Shown here piece after piece: positions 27,641 through 37,731 of a DNA stretch of 64,000 nt. The stretch's first letter is position 1; each line of letters opens with the position of its first letter. A model generated the notes under the pieces. That model searched no databases. It saw only the letters and a program-made list of their open reading frames with translations, and was not told where the DNA came from. The position numbers and the translations under genes were made by a program. This DNA is from Promethearchaeota archaeon (GTDB lineage: Archaea > Asgardarchaeota > Lokiarchaeia > Sigyniarchaeales > SOKP01): assembly GCA_019058445.1 (NCBI GenBank), contig JAHPZA010000006.1:1212220-1276219 (forward strand). Reading direction: 5' to 3'.

Positions 27641-30027
27641 TTAGTGGAATAAAACGAAAAACTACTGCTATAGAAAGTACTTTTAGATTCTTTCAAACAG
27701 TAGATCTGATAATTAATCATTTTAAAAGGGAAGCTGATAGAGAAAAGATATTTGAGTTAACTAGTCAAGAAACCACTTTAAAGGAGTTACTAATTGCCAC
27801 ATCTGCTATCCATTTGTATCATAATTTAGGGATAAGAGTGAGAGATAGCATGGAAGCCAGTCACATTTCTACGGATTCAACCAAAAATTTAGAGATTTTA
27901 GAAAAAAGAATATTATCCGAGGAGGTATCTTCATTATTAAAAGATTCTTTGACATTAGAAATTGATATGTTAAAAAGATCAATTAATTTAGAAAATAAGA
28001 TTATATCTTTCTTAATAGATGATAGAAAATCATTATTTAATGATTTACAGAAAAACCAGAAAATAACTGAAATTGATCATTTTATAGAGCAAAATTTGTT
28101 AGAGATCATCATGAAATATCCCCCATTTTATTTCTATGACTTAGTTGGGGATTTAATGGGTCTTTCTGATGATTTAAAAATCAATATTTTAGAGGAAAGT
28201 TCCGCATTTAAAGATTTGTCTATTGAAATTGAAAAAAAATTAGAACGAGAGGAAAAAGAAGATAAATTTATAGAATTATCAACTTTAAATCGATTAATTA
28301 ATCAAACCCAAACGGATTTTGAATTTAAATCGTATAAAGAGTTACAAATGCAAAATATGCCTGTTAGAATGATTAAACGTAAGATTATGGAATATAATCT
28401 CAACCGGTTTCCTATTTCTCTTCCTGGTTTAACTACATTTATCGAAACAAATAATGTAAAACTACAGTTAATTGAAGAAATTAGCAATGCTCTTGATAAG
28501 AAGATTAATTATGATCAGTTTGAAAGAAAAATCTTAGATTTTTTAAAATCAGCACTAATTAAACAGCTGAAGACAAATCCAAATGATTTTATTTATTTTC
28601 TACAGGGTTTAAATGAATGCAGTTTTAATGAAATAATCTATACCTTAAATAAGTATGGTGTTAACAATATCTTACCTTTAATTAATGTGGATGATGATCT
28701 CGCACAAAAAGTTAAAAAAGGCATGATCAGATATAATATTGACAAATTTGATATCATGTCATTAAATACAGAAAAGAAAAATTTGTTAATATTGGCAAAA
28801 AGAGCAGTTTCTAATATGGATTATTCATATATTAATGAATTTTTAAAAAACTCCGATGATTTTTCTGAATTTAATTTAAGAGAAGTTTTATTTTTAGAAA
28901 ACAACCATCTTCAAGAGATTTGGAAAAACTTAGAAGAGACAAATGGGATTAAACTAAATGAATTGAGAGATTTTATACGAAAAAAGGATATTATTGACAA
29001 AGTGTTTTTACAAGAATTACAGCTAAAAAATTATTCACAATTATTATTACTATTGAACTTTGATGATATAATGAATAATTTAGTGAAGGATATTTTCTAT
29101 TATCTTTTTACCAAAATTATTAGACAGATTAGTAGAATAATTGAATTATTCTTAAAAATTACTAACGATAAAGCACTTATCCTTGTAGCATTTAAAAAAA
29201 TATCTGGAACCACTGAATCAGAGGAATGGATTAGAATAAAATTAGAGGAATTAGTTATAAATCGACTTTTAAAAAGACAAAAGGAGTTAGTTATAGTCTT
29301 TAATGCGGATAATCAACCTTTCCTCGTAAATGGTTTCATATTAGCAAGATTTATGGATTTAAGTATAAATGAAGGGATCTCTGAGTTAAAAGAAAACACG
29401 AGTCCGATTTATAACGATATTAAACCTTTAAAATTGAAAGAGGATATAATATCTCCCGTATCGTATTGTATCGCTTATGATTTGGTTAAAAGATTTGAAA
29501 ATTTTGAAGAATTACGTAAATTGAAAGTGGAACAAATTATTGAGGAAAAAGAAAAAATCAAGATTGAACAAAAGAAGAAGATACGTGAAAAACAAGAAGT
29601 AAGTACGCTTAATTGGGTCGAGAGAAGAATAACCTCCTCCTTAATGAGAATAAACAGTCCTGGAATTAATCCAACTCAATTATATTGGCAAGATAAAGAC
29701 ACAAAAACCGCTGCAGACAATATCAAACTTCATAGCGAATTAAAGGGAAATACTATTGATTTATTTAGCGAATACTTTCAATTCGCGATGGAAAAAATAA
29801 GAGGTTTTTCAGAGATAAATATCCCTAGTAATGAGAAAATATCTGCAATCGTAGTTAGCATTATTGAAAGCGAATTAGAAAAGAGATTATCTCATATACC
29901 TTCTCAAGAGGAAATAAATAATATGCTTGAGGGCGAAAGATACCAAATCGCTAAGCAAATAGCGATTAAAATTGGGAAACTATTGGATAAAGCACTCTAT
30001 AATAAATTCAAATCTAAAAGAAGATAG
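27637..30027 (+). CDS. large hypothetical alpha-helical protein
   Basis: ATGA overlap with the upstream stop, preceded by GGGTGA; about 796 aa; no motif recognised. Confidence 0.8.
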   Translation: MISGIKRKTTAIESTFRFFQTVDLIINHFKREADREKIFELTSQETTLKELLIATSAIHLYHNLGIRVRDSMEASHISTDSTKNLEILEKRILSEEVSSLLKDSLTLEIDMLKRSINLENKIISFLIDDRKSLFNDLQKNQKITEIDHFIEQNLLEIIMKYPPFYFYDLVGDLMGLSDDLKINILEESSAFKDLSIEIEKKLEREEKEDKFIELSTLNRLINQTQTDFEFKSYKELQMQNMPVRMIKRKIMEYNLNRFPISLPGLTTFIETNNVKLQLIEEISNALDKKINYDQFERKILDFLKSALIKQLKTNPNDFIYFLQGLNECSFNEIIYTLNKYGVNNILPLINVDDDLAQKVKKGMIRYNIDKFDIMSLNTEKKNLLILAKRAVSNMDYSYINEFLKNSDDFSEFNLREVLFLENNHLQEIWKNLEETNGIKLNELRDFIRKKDIIDKVFLQELQLKNYSQLLLLLNFDDIMNNLVKDIFYYLFTKIIRQISRIIELFLKITNDKALILVAFKKISGTTESEEWIRIKLEELVINRLLKRQKELVIVFNADNQPFLVNGFILARFMDLSINEGISELKENTSPIYNDIKPLKLKEDIISPVSYCIAYDLVKRFENFEELRKLKVEQIIEEKEKIKIEQKKKIREKQEVSTLNWVERRITSSLMRINSPGINPTQLYWQDKDTKTAADNIKLHSELKGNTIDLFSEYFQFAMEKIRGFSEINIPSNEKISAIVVSIIESELEKRLSHIPSQEEINNMLEGERYQIAKQIAIKIGKLLDKALYNKFKSKRR

Positions 30028-30216
30028 AGTATTTATATATTAGAACTGAAATTTATTTATTTTGAACCAAAATTTTTAGATGATTTTTGATTAAAAAATT
30101 TAAAATCTTAAGAAATAATTAGCAATGCATTCCAAAAATAATAAAAATATTAAAATTATGTTCATTTTTTTTATTAAAGCTTAAAGCTATTCATATTTTA
30201 TGAGGTTTTTATAATC

Positions 30217-30480
30217 ATGCCAAGTATTAAAAGTCAAATTGAATATCTAATAGATTCTGCATCACAGATTTTTATGGGTTTTATTTTATTTTTGCTTTCC
30301 TTTTCTGGTTTATTATGTGCTTTATTACTTAGACATTATGATTATAATGGATCAATCATCGCTGGGGTAGGAGTTCTTGTTGAGATAATTGCAATGATTT
30401 TCTGCTATTTGATCTTTAAAGGTTATTTGAAAAAAGAGGAAGAACCTGAACCATCAAAGAAGAAGGGAAAAAAATTATAA
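30217..30480 (+). CDS. small two-TM membrane protein
   Basis: Two hydrophobic helices and a basic tail. Confidence 0.7.
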   Translation: MPSIKSQIEYLIDSASQIFMGFILFLLSFSGLLCALLLRHYDYNGSIIAGVGVLVEIIAMIFCYLIFKGYLKKEEEPEPSKKKGKKL

Positions 30481-30495
30481 TCCTTTTCTTGATTT

Positions 30496-31212
30496 CTAAA
30501 AAAAGTCTTCCCATATTCGAGGTATCCTTTTGGAGCTTAGAAGGTTTTTAATATCCGTTAATAATATTTCTGGATTATATTCCCAAGCAGAATTTTTATT
30601 AAAAGAAATACATTTTAGTTTCTCAACTTGAATTAGCTTCTTAATTAAAAGCCCGTACGCTGCAACTTGAGGAAGTGAATAAAGAAAATTTCCTTCAGGT
30701 TTGTAATCAATAATTTTTATTATATTATCTTCTATTTGAATCAAATCAATATGACCTGTGATATGATTATTTTTATGAGCACTCCATATTGGCACTTCAA
30801 TGGCAATAGAATCTTTATCTTTAATCAAAATATTTTTTAGAATAGTGTCATGCCCAGGGTTCCTATCGATATGATTTATATGAAAAATTTCATATACATT
30901 TTTAGCAAATTTAGGTAATTTAGAATCTTCCGATTTTTTAATTACTCCCTCATTAATTAATTTTTTACTATAACTTCTCAGAAAACCATTTTTAAGTCCT
31001 CTCACTTTGAATTGTGAGACCCGAGTAATAGTTTTTGTATTAAAGATATTATTTGGTATAGATCCCTGATAGATTTTTTTTAAATAAGTCCCTAGTCTTT
31101 TAAATTCTTCTCGATTTGAGTTTAATTGATTCAGCTTCTCCTTATGATTTTTTAAATTCCAATTAAAAGAATATTTTATATTTTGATGAATGAAATCACG
31201 TTTTTTAATCAC
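30496..31212 (-). CDS. PD-(D/E)XK nuclease-family protein
   Basis: EVPI, GHIDLI, IIDYK, QVAAY motifs. Confidence 0.8.
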   Translation of the reverse strand: MIKKRDFIHQNIKYSFNWNLKNHKEKLNQLNSNREEFKRLGTYLKKIYQGSIPNNIFNTKTITRVSQFKVRGLKNGFLRSYSKKLINEGVIKKSEDSKLPKFAKNVYEIFHINHIDRNPGHDTILKNILIKDKDSIAIEVPIWSAHKNNHITGHIDLIQIEDNIIKIIDYKPEGNFLYSLPQVAAYGLLIKKLIQVEKLKCISFNKNSAWEYNPEILLTDIKNLLSSKRIPRIWEDFF

Positions 31213-31394
31213 TGATTTATCTCCGCTATTATAATTATATCATAAAATTTTATGAAAACTAAAAAGGTCTTAAAAGACAATAATGAAATTACTTTATTAA
31301 AAGAGGTGTATTAATGATTTATTAATTTATTGAGAATAGTGAGAGTGGTTCATCCAACAAAAATGTATTGTTCTCTTATAATCACAATAAAAAG

Positions 31395-31525
31395 CGGACC
31401 TAGCAGGATTTTCTTGCTCGGGGCTATCCCGTAGCATTTCGAACCTGCGACTTTCGGATTAGAAGTCCGACGCCCTATTTGCGCGGTTTTTTTTGATAAA
31501 AACCTCCAGGCTAGGCTATAGGTCC
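31395..31525 (-). tRNA. tRNA-Arg(UCU) with two introns (D-loop 19/20, 27 nt, 31479-31505; T-loop 59/60, 29 nt, 31409-31437)
   Basis: Spliced sequence GGACCTATAGCCTAGCCTGGATAGGGCGTCGGACTTCTAATCCGAAAGTCGCAGGTTCGAATCCTGCTAGGTCCG folds as a cloverleaf; relaxed BHB at both junctions. Confidence 0.93.
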
Positions 31526-31752
31526 TGAAGTTTATAAATGTAAGTATTTACTGTTTTAATATATTTAATAAAGTGTTTAAATTTTATGATATTATAAATA
31601 GACATTATTGATTATATATATTGAAATCATTTTATTCGAGATTATAGGAACAATTACTGATATATGAATTCGCTTACCATTTTAAGTAACAAATGATTAT
31701 AAACAAAAATTACCATTAATATAACATCATTACAAGAGATTAATAAGAAGAG

Positions 31753-32892
31753 GTGCTTTTAAAAAAATTGAATGATACCAAACAAAGGCAACGGGCAAGT
31801 CAAAAGAAATCAGAATTATTACGGGAGTTAACGAAATGTGATGAGACAATTTTAGAGTTAAAGGCTGAGGTAAAAAATTCTCATGATAAAGAAACGATAT
31901 TAAATAGCGAAATTCGCAATCTTCAATCAGAAATTAAATACTTAGAAGCAAATAAAAAGAATATAGATATTTTAAATGAAAATATTCAATCTTCAGAGAA
32001 AAATATAAAAGATTTAGAAATAAAATTAGAAGGGAAAGAGCAAAAGATTGAAGAATTACTTAATGACAAAGAATTATTACTTAATGAAAAATCTGAAATT
32101 TTAGAAAGTAAGAATGAAATATTACAGAAATTAAAAGAAAAAGAGTTAGAAATACAACAAAAAGATCAAAAAATTGCTGAATTGAGGGAAAAATTTAAAC
32201 AATCAAGTAGTGATTTGCTTAGTAAAAGTATGCAAATTGATAAATTGGTTAAAAAAGATAAAAATTTAGGGGAACTTGAGGAGACAATTCAAAATTTAAG
32301 AAGTGAAATCGGAGAAAAGGACACTTCAGAAAAAGAAAAAGTAAACAAACTTGAAGAAGAAATTAGAACTCTAGAAACTGAATTAGATGCATCCCAAGCA
32401 ATAATAAAGGAATTAGAAACGGTTAAAAGTGAAATGCAAGAACAGATGCAAGAGCCCGAGAGTGGCAAGGCGACTATAGAAAACACCAAAATTCTTTCTA
32501 ATTTGGATGACATATTTGAAATTATCAAAGATATACTACCACAAGGAAAATCAAACATTCGATTAGTAGTACCGGAAATAGAGGACATTGGTAAATTCGA
32601 GTTAGATAATATGATTAAAGAACTCCCCACTAAAGTCAGAATAAATATTGGTGCGGAAATTGAAGATCCCAGTGGAAACATTATTGTACAGGAAATAAAA
32701 GATCATTGTCAACTGACTAATTATAGTGAGAAAAAGTTTATTGCTTTAAATGTTGATTCATCAAAGTTTTTAATTGGTCTATTCATTGGAGCTAATAAAA
32801 TTCTTGGTATTTACACAGAAGTCTTAGAGGTAATTAACCTATTTAAACCAGCAATTATGGAACCATTCATAAGAGGGGTTAAAGTCAATTAA
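31753..32892 (+). CDS. long coiled-coil protein with C-terminal globular domain
   Basis: About 230 aa of E/K/L-rich heptads, then an alpha/beta domain (KSNIRLVVP). Confidence 0.75.
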   Translation: MLLKKLNDTKQRQRASQKKSELLRELTKCDETILELKAEVKNSHDKETILNSEIRNLQSEIKYLEANKKNIDILNENIQSSEKNIKDLEIKLEGKEQKIEELLNDKELLLNEKSEILESKNEILQKLKEKELEIQQKDQKIAELREKFKQSSSDLLSKSMQIDKLVKKDKNLGELEETIQNLRSEIGEKDTSEKEKVNKLEEEIRTLETELDASQAIIKELETVKSEMQEQMQEPESGKATIENTKILSNLDDIFEIIKDILPQGKSNIRLVVPEIEDIGKFELDNMIKELPTKVRINIGAEIEDPSGNIIVQEIKDHCQLTNYSEKKFIALNVDSSKFLIGLFIGANKILGIYTEVLEVINLFKPAIMEPFIRGVKVN

Positions 32893-32933
32893 AATCTTTG
32901 ATCAATACTAATAACATCTAAGGATCTATTTTT

Positions 32934-34091
32934 TTAAGTTATAGATTTTATTTTCAAATCGTGTACTACCAACTCAGATTTAGGTGAATATGATTTTACA
33001 ATCTTAGATTTTAGTACTTCTTCTATCTGCCAATTAAGCTCTTTTAATGAAAATTTTAATTTATCCTGAGCTTTTTCAATTGAATTAGGTTTTTCACAGA
33101 ACTGATAATTATGCAAAATACCTCCTGATTTTTTCATTAAAAAACATGCTATATCTGTATAATCCAACGACTTTTCCGGTAAATTCATGATAACTCGGTC
33201 TGCTTTGTGTTTCAGTATAGACCCAAGGTTATTCAAAGGATCGATAAGAGCACTGATATTAATATGATGAGGGATGATTATACCCATTAATTTATTTAAA
33301 CCAATATTTTCCTGCAAATAATTATAGGCAATACGGTTAATATCAAAAGAGTGAATAGTTACAGGATGTTTTTTCGCAATTTGAATGGAGAATGGGCCCA
33401 CTCCAGCAAATAAATCCATTATTACTTCATTCCCTTTGATATTACTATTTGCGATCCTATTTCGTTCGTATACTAATCTTGGAGTAAAGAACGTTTGTTT
33501 TATATCAAGTTTGAAAATACACATATTTTCTTTATGGATTGTTTCAGTTTTATTTTCCCCATACAAAAGGTTTAACTCTCTTAATCTATAGGTTCCTTTG
33601 ATTTCACTTTTTTTTTCAAATACAGAAGAGATACTTTTAGATCCCTCTGTTATAGCCTTAGCAATTTGTAGTTTAAGGGAGTTTAATTCTTGATTTTCCG
33701 AGCCTTGAAATTTATCAAATTCAATGATAGCAATTTCTCCAATAATATCATATGAATTTGGAATTAAATCAATAAATTTACTTGGAATTTTATTTTCTAA
33801 TGCCTCTTTTATGTTTTTATACTTATAATTTTTATGGTAAGTTCCTTTCATGGATATGATTTTAAAAAAGAATTTATCTTCTAAAAGTTCAATAAGAAGA
33901 TTAATTAAATCATCATTTTTTATTAATGGAAATAGGATATATCCCTTTTCTTTTAGAATTTTATACTTATTATCAATAATTGATTGATTTTTGAATTTTT
34001 TATGAATTAACTTAATTAATTCTTGACCATTGCTGTTTTCAATTTTTATATATTTTATACTTTCTTCCTCTCGTCTACTCATCATAATCAT
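32934..34091 (-). CDS. trm5: Trm5/Taw2-family tRNA methyltransferase
   Basis: SYDIIGEIAI, FFTPRL, DLFAGVGPFSI, RVIMNLP. Confidence 0.9.
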   Translation of the reverse strand: MIMMSRREEESIKYIKIENSNGQELIKLIHKKFKNQSIIDNKYKILKEKGYILFPLIKNDDLINLLIELLEDKFFFKIISMKGTYHKNYKYKNIKEALENKIPSKFIDLIPNSYDIIGEIAIIEFDKFQGSENQELNSLKLQIAKAITEGSKSISSVFEKKSEIKGTYRLRELNLLYGENKTETIHKENMCIFKLDIKQTFFTPRLVYERNRIANSNIKGNEVIMDLFAGVGPFSIQIAKKHPVTIHSFDINRIAYNYLQENIGLNKLMGIIIPHHINISALIDPLNNLGSILKHKADRVIMNLPEKSLDYTDIACFLMKKSGGILHNYQFCEKPNSIEKAQDKLKFSLKELNWQIEEVLKSKIVKSYSPKSELVVHDLKIKSIT

Positions 34092-34506
34092 TTACTTCAA
34101 AAGAAATTTTAAATTTTTTTTCTTGATTTTTAAGAGCTTTGATTAAATTTCTGTCCAAATCGATGGAAGATTTTGTACAATTAATCAATATAGTTCTATC
34201 ACATATAAAACTACTCTTGCGAAAAACTAAATCATTCTTACTCAATAATGTTAATCTTGGATCACCATAGCCATAAAATGTATCCTCGATATCATTGAAA
34301 ATAATTGATACTTTTACTTTTTTCCCTTGCTGTATTTTTTCTTTTAAAGTTGCATTAAGGCCTTGGCATGCTTTTGATGCTCTAATTCCTAAAATACAGG
34401 TTCCTTTTGTGGTCAGATAGGTATCTTTGGTAATTTCTATTGTAGTGTTATGAGTACAGAATATATTTTCATGGCCATATGCATAAATTGTGTCTAAAAT
34501 CACCAT
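34075..34506 (-). CDS. DUF371 family protein
   Basis: GHENI.CTHNTTIEITKD, LVFRKS.FICDRT. Confidence 0.85.
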   Translation of the reverse strand: MVILDTIYAYGHENIFCTHNTTIEITKDTYLTTKGTCILGIRASKACQGLNATLKEKIQQGKKVKVSIIFNDIEDTFYGYGDPRLTLLSKNDLVFRKSSFICDRTILINCTKSSIDLDRNLIKALKNQEKKFKISFEVNDYDE

Positions 34507-34512
34507 AATAAA

Positions 34513-36159
34513 TCAACTAGCTCTAAAAAATTCTAATATCTCATCTAAACTATGAGAGGTTTGATAATTTGATTTCAGCTTGTTTTCTAATAGTGAATTT
34601 AGTGTTTCAATTAATTTATCTTGGAAATATGTTTCTTCTTCACCAAATTGATTAATAAACCTCTCTGGAATTAACATCCCTCCTTTTTGATAATGCTTCA
34701 AGTTCTTTTCTAGGAAAATAGAACAATTTGTTATTGTTTTATTATACAGATAATCCTCTTCATTTGAGGAACTAATCGATTCATATTGTCCTATCGGAAA
34801 AGTATTTGTTAGTTCAAAAGGCATCAATCCAAAACATTGAGAAGTAAAGATTATATGAAGATCTTTCCGAGGAATTATCTTATTCTTATTTAATCTTTCC
34901 ATCCATTCTTGAAGAGTAGGAGAGCTTTCTATTCGGGCATCAAGCTCAGGTAAAATTAACATATATTTTATCCCATTTGGAACTCTGTAATTAGCCGTTA
35001 ATCTCTTAAAAACTCTAGCGAATAAGGGTCTGTAAATACTTTCGGGGGCCGTTAATAATCTCCCGTGTTTTTTATATATTTTTTCGTAAGATTCGAATGT
35101 TAATTCTTCGGATTTCACAATTTTAGCGGCATTTACGAGATTTGGATGAGTCCTTATTCTTTGTTCTACAAGTTCCCACAAATTTCCTTCCCGTATTGCT
35201 TGACGGATTGTCCTTAATTCAGAAAATGAAAGAAATAAGTTATGCTTCGCGAGTAACTCTATTTTTATATTTTTTTCAAGACTTCTTAATTCTTTCGGAC
35301 TATAATCTGTACAAATTGGGCAGTGACATGGAAATTCCTCTAACTCATCTAAATGTTTTGTTCCAGTTGATAAAGTGAAATACCGGTTTTCTTTAGCATA
35401 TAAAATATAAGCTGCTGAATCCATTAGATCACATCCACATGCAACTGCTAATGAAAAAAATTGTGGTAAGCCTAATCCAAACATATGAAGAGGTTTATGA
35501 GGTAGGATATTTTTTTTTACATTCAGTAGAATTTGAATTGTCAAATCAAATCTATAATCTAAAAAAGCTTTAACTAATCCGCCTATTGCGTAAATCCCAA
35601 AATCTAATTTACTCATTTTCTTAGTAGAATATGTGAGGAGATCTTGATATCGGGCACCATGAATAGGAGCAAACCATTCACAATTCTTATTGGTCCTTCT
35701 TTTGATGTTATTTTTAGCCCGTTCAATAGTACTAAGAACTTTATTTTTCGCAACATTATAATCATCATTTAATTGAACCGGTATATCTAATATGACCGGA
35801 AAATCAGAGCCAATATCTTCTTGAAATTTTTCAATCTCTTCTGGGCTTACATTAATTTCAGAATTCTGGTACATATATTGTTGAAAGGCACCACTATCAG
35901 TTGCAATTAACCCATGATAGCCCAAAAAATTATGAATTTTTTTCTTTTTGATTTCTTCTTTTAAATCATCTTTTTGAAAGATGATGTATGCATTAGTGAA
36001 AATACATTGAGCCCCAAATTTTTTGAGTGTTGATGGAGGAATAACGTTCTTAAAAGGATGAACCACTGGAAATATATTAGGAGTAATCATTTCCTTATTG
36101 TTGACTTCTAATTTTCCAATTCTTCCTAATGCATCAATATCCAATATTTCATACTTCAT
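34513..36159 (-). CDS. tgtA: archaeosine tRNA-guanine(15) transglycosylase
   Basis: TDSGAFQ, HMFG, GCDLMDSA, CHCPIC, LAKHNL. Confidence 0.95.
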   Translation of the reverse strand: MKYEILDIDALGRIGKLEVNNKEMITPNIFPVVHPFKNVIPPSTLKKFGAQCIFTNAYIIFQKDDLKEEIKKKKIHNFLGYHGLIATDSGAFQQYMYQNSEINVSPEEIEKFQEDIGSDFPVILDIPVQLNDDYNVAKNKVLSTIERAKNNIKRRTNKNCEWFAPIHGARYQDLLTYSTKKMSKLDFGIYAIGGLVKAFLDYRFDLTIQILLNVKKNILPHKPLHMFGLGLPQFFSLAVACGCDLMDSAAYILYAKENRYFTLSTGTKHLDELEEFPCHCPICTDYSPKELRSLEKNIKIELLAKHNLFLSFSELRTIRQAIREGNLWELVEQRIRTHPNLVNAAKIVKSEELTFESYEKIYKKHGRLLTAPESIYRPLFARVFKRLTANYRVPNGIKYMLILPELDARIESSPTLQEWMERLNKNKIIPRKDLHIIFTSQCFGLMPFELTNTFPIGQYESISSSNEEDYLYNKTITNCSIFLEKNLKHYQKGGMLIPERFINQFGEEETYFQDKLIETLNSLLENKLKSNYQTSHSLDEILEFFRAS

Positions 36160-36169
36160 TTACAAACCT

Positions 36170-36778
36170 TCAAGGTTTTATTTTATCATCAAAAAAATCA
36201 TTTAAGGAATTGTCCTGAAATAACTTTTCAAGCCAATCAATCTTTCCAATTAAATAATTCTCAGCATTTTCATCTTTAATAATATTCGTGATAATAATAT
36301 CCACAACTGATTCTATCGTTAATATGCTAGTATTAAGTTCATATATGGGAATTTTTAAGTTTTTTTGAATAAAATAATTTGCACAATTTCCCAAAATTTC
36401 TGCTTGTACATTTTCCAATATTTTATCATTTTTATACCCTCTATTTTCTAATCGACTTCTTAACATGTACGGATCACATCTTAATATGATTGCATAATCA
36501 ATATAATTCTCTGGGATAATATCGGAAAAATGTCCTTCTATTATAAGATACTCTGGTTCATCGTTCTTATATTCCTCAATTAAAGTTATAATATGCGTTA
36601 GTAATTTATCTGTATCAACTACATAAGTATCTCGCTTAATATCAAAATGAATATTAAATTCTTCGAACACTTCTGGCTCATTTAAAGAAAGAACCTTACC
36701 ATTATATAATTCAGCAATCATGTTTGAAACGGAGGTTTTTCCCGTCCCGGGAGTTCCAGAAATTACAATGATCATCAT
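36170..36778 (-). CDS. adenylate kinase AK6/Fap7 family
   Basis: ISGTPGTGKT, IEGH, RLENRGY...KILEN..AE. Confidence 0.9.
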   Translation of the reverse strand: MMIIVISGTPGTGKTSVSNMIAELYNGKVLSLNEPEVFEEFNIHFDIKRDTYVVDTDKLLTHIITLIEEYKNDEPEYLIIEGHFSDIIPENYIDYAIILRCDPYMLRSRLENRGYKNDKILENVQAEILGNCANYFIQKNLKIPIYELNTSILTIESVVDIIITNIIKDENAENYLIGKIDWLEKLFQDNSLNDFFDDKIKP

Positions 36779-36853
36779 TTATAATTTTATAATAGTGAGA
36801 GCGTATTAAAAAAGTAATGAAAAATAACCTCAAATATATCGACATATCATGAA

Positions 36854-36960
36854 TGGTGCGAAAGGGGGGCTTTTCGCAACGGGAGATATTCCCGCTCTGC
36901 TTCGAACCCCCGACCTCACGGTTATCAGCCGTGCGCTATACCAGGCTAAGCCACTCTCGC
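36854..36960 (-). tRNA. tRNA-Ile(GAU) with a 30-nt T-loop intron (59/60; 36871-36900) and encoded CCA
   Basis: CACGG-CTGATAA-CCGTG anticodon arm; BHB with TTCG/CGAA central helix and AAG/AAG bulges. Confidence 0.95.
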
Positions 36961-37115
36961 GTTGATGGAAAGTTTTCTTTTGATATTATTATTAAAAATG
37001 GTCTTAATTGAATAATTCTAAGGATGAATGTTTAAAAAATTTTTTGACGAGCGCATACCTAAGTTTTAATATTCATACGAATATAATTTTAATAGTAATT
37101 AATAGGAGTGGTTCA

Positions 37116-37547
37116 ATGCCCAATGTATTAAATTATTCTATTATTGGATTAGAAGATTACTCAATAAGTTTTGAGAGCTATTGTCGTCAGTGCGAAATCC
37201 AAAACCATTGTAAATACGGTAAAGAAAATCCCTTTACAATTGAAATTAATTGTAATGACTTGAACCAAGCAAAAGAAAGAATTAAATTCGAGCAACTTCA
37301 GAAACTACAGAAAACAGAGGATGTTTCGGTGCCTTATGAAGAATTAATAACAAAAGTTAAAATTAATCTCCAAAATATTTTCAGTCAATTATGGAAGGAT
37401 AAAATTAAAGCTCAGAAAGAAGATATTAGATGTCTCGATTCTCGAAAAATCGATTCTATGTTAGTAGCTCAACAAGGACAGGATTGGTGGCAAGATTTCA
37501 ACCATACTATTAAATTGATTAATAATGAATGCGAAAAAATTATTTAA
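37116..37547 (+). CDS. hypothetical protein with a Cys cluster (CRQC...HC)
   Basis: ATG 37116 follows GGAG and is in frame with ORF 37008. Confidence 0.7.
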   Translation: MPNVLNYSIIGLEDYSISFESYCRQCEIQNHCKYGKENPFTIEINCNDLNQAKERIKFEQLQKLQKTEDVSVPYEELITKVKINLQNIFSQLWKDKIKAQKEDIRCLDSRKIDSMLVAQQGQDWWQDFNHTIKLINNECEKII

Positions 37548-37731
37548 ACTCCTTTTAAAATGAACTTTGGATTCGCGCATTCTCAGTAAGGACGTGAATC
37601 ATAATCAAATAACATTAATTTCCTGTTAAGTTCAGAATTTTTATCAATTCATTAAAAAGATTATAATGAAAATTGAATAATATCGCTTTACGATAATAAT
37701 CAGAAATTTGTTTAGATATAAATGAGTTATT

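Noticed and set aside
30496-31525. Possible integrated element at tRNA-Arg (nuclease gene beside the tRNA 3' end)
   Set aside because: No integrase and no duplicated tRNA 3' end (att site) seen in the window.
31335-36801. AATAGTGAGAG occurring downstream of both tRNA-Arg and tRNA-Ile
   Set aside because: Only 11 nt and two copies in AT-rich DNA; not enough to call a motif.
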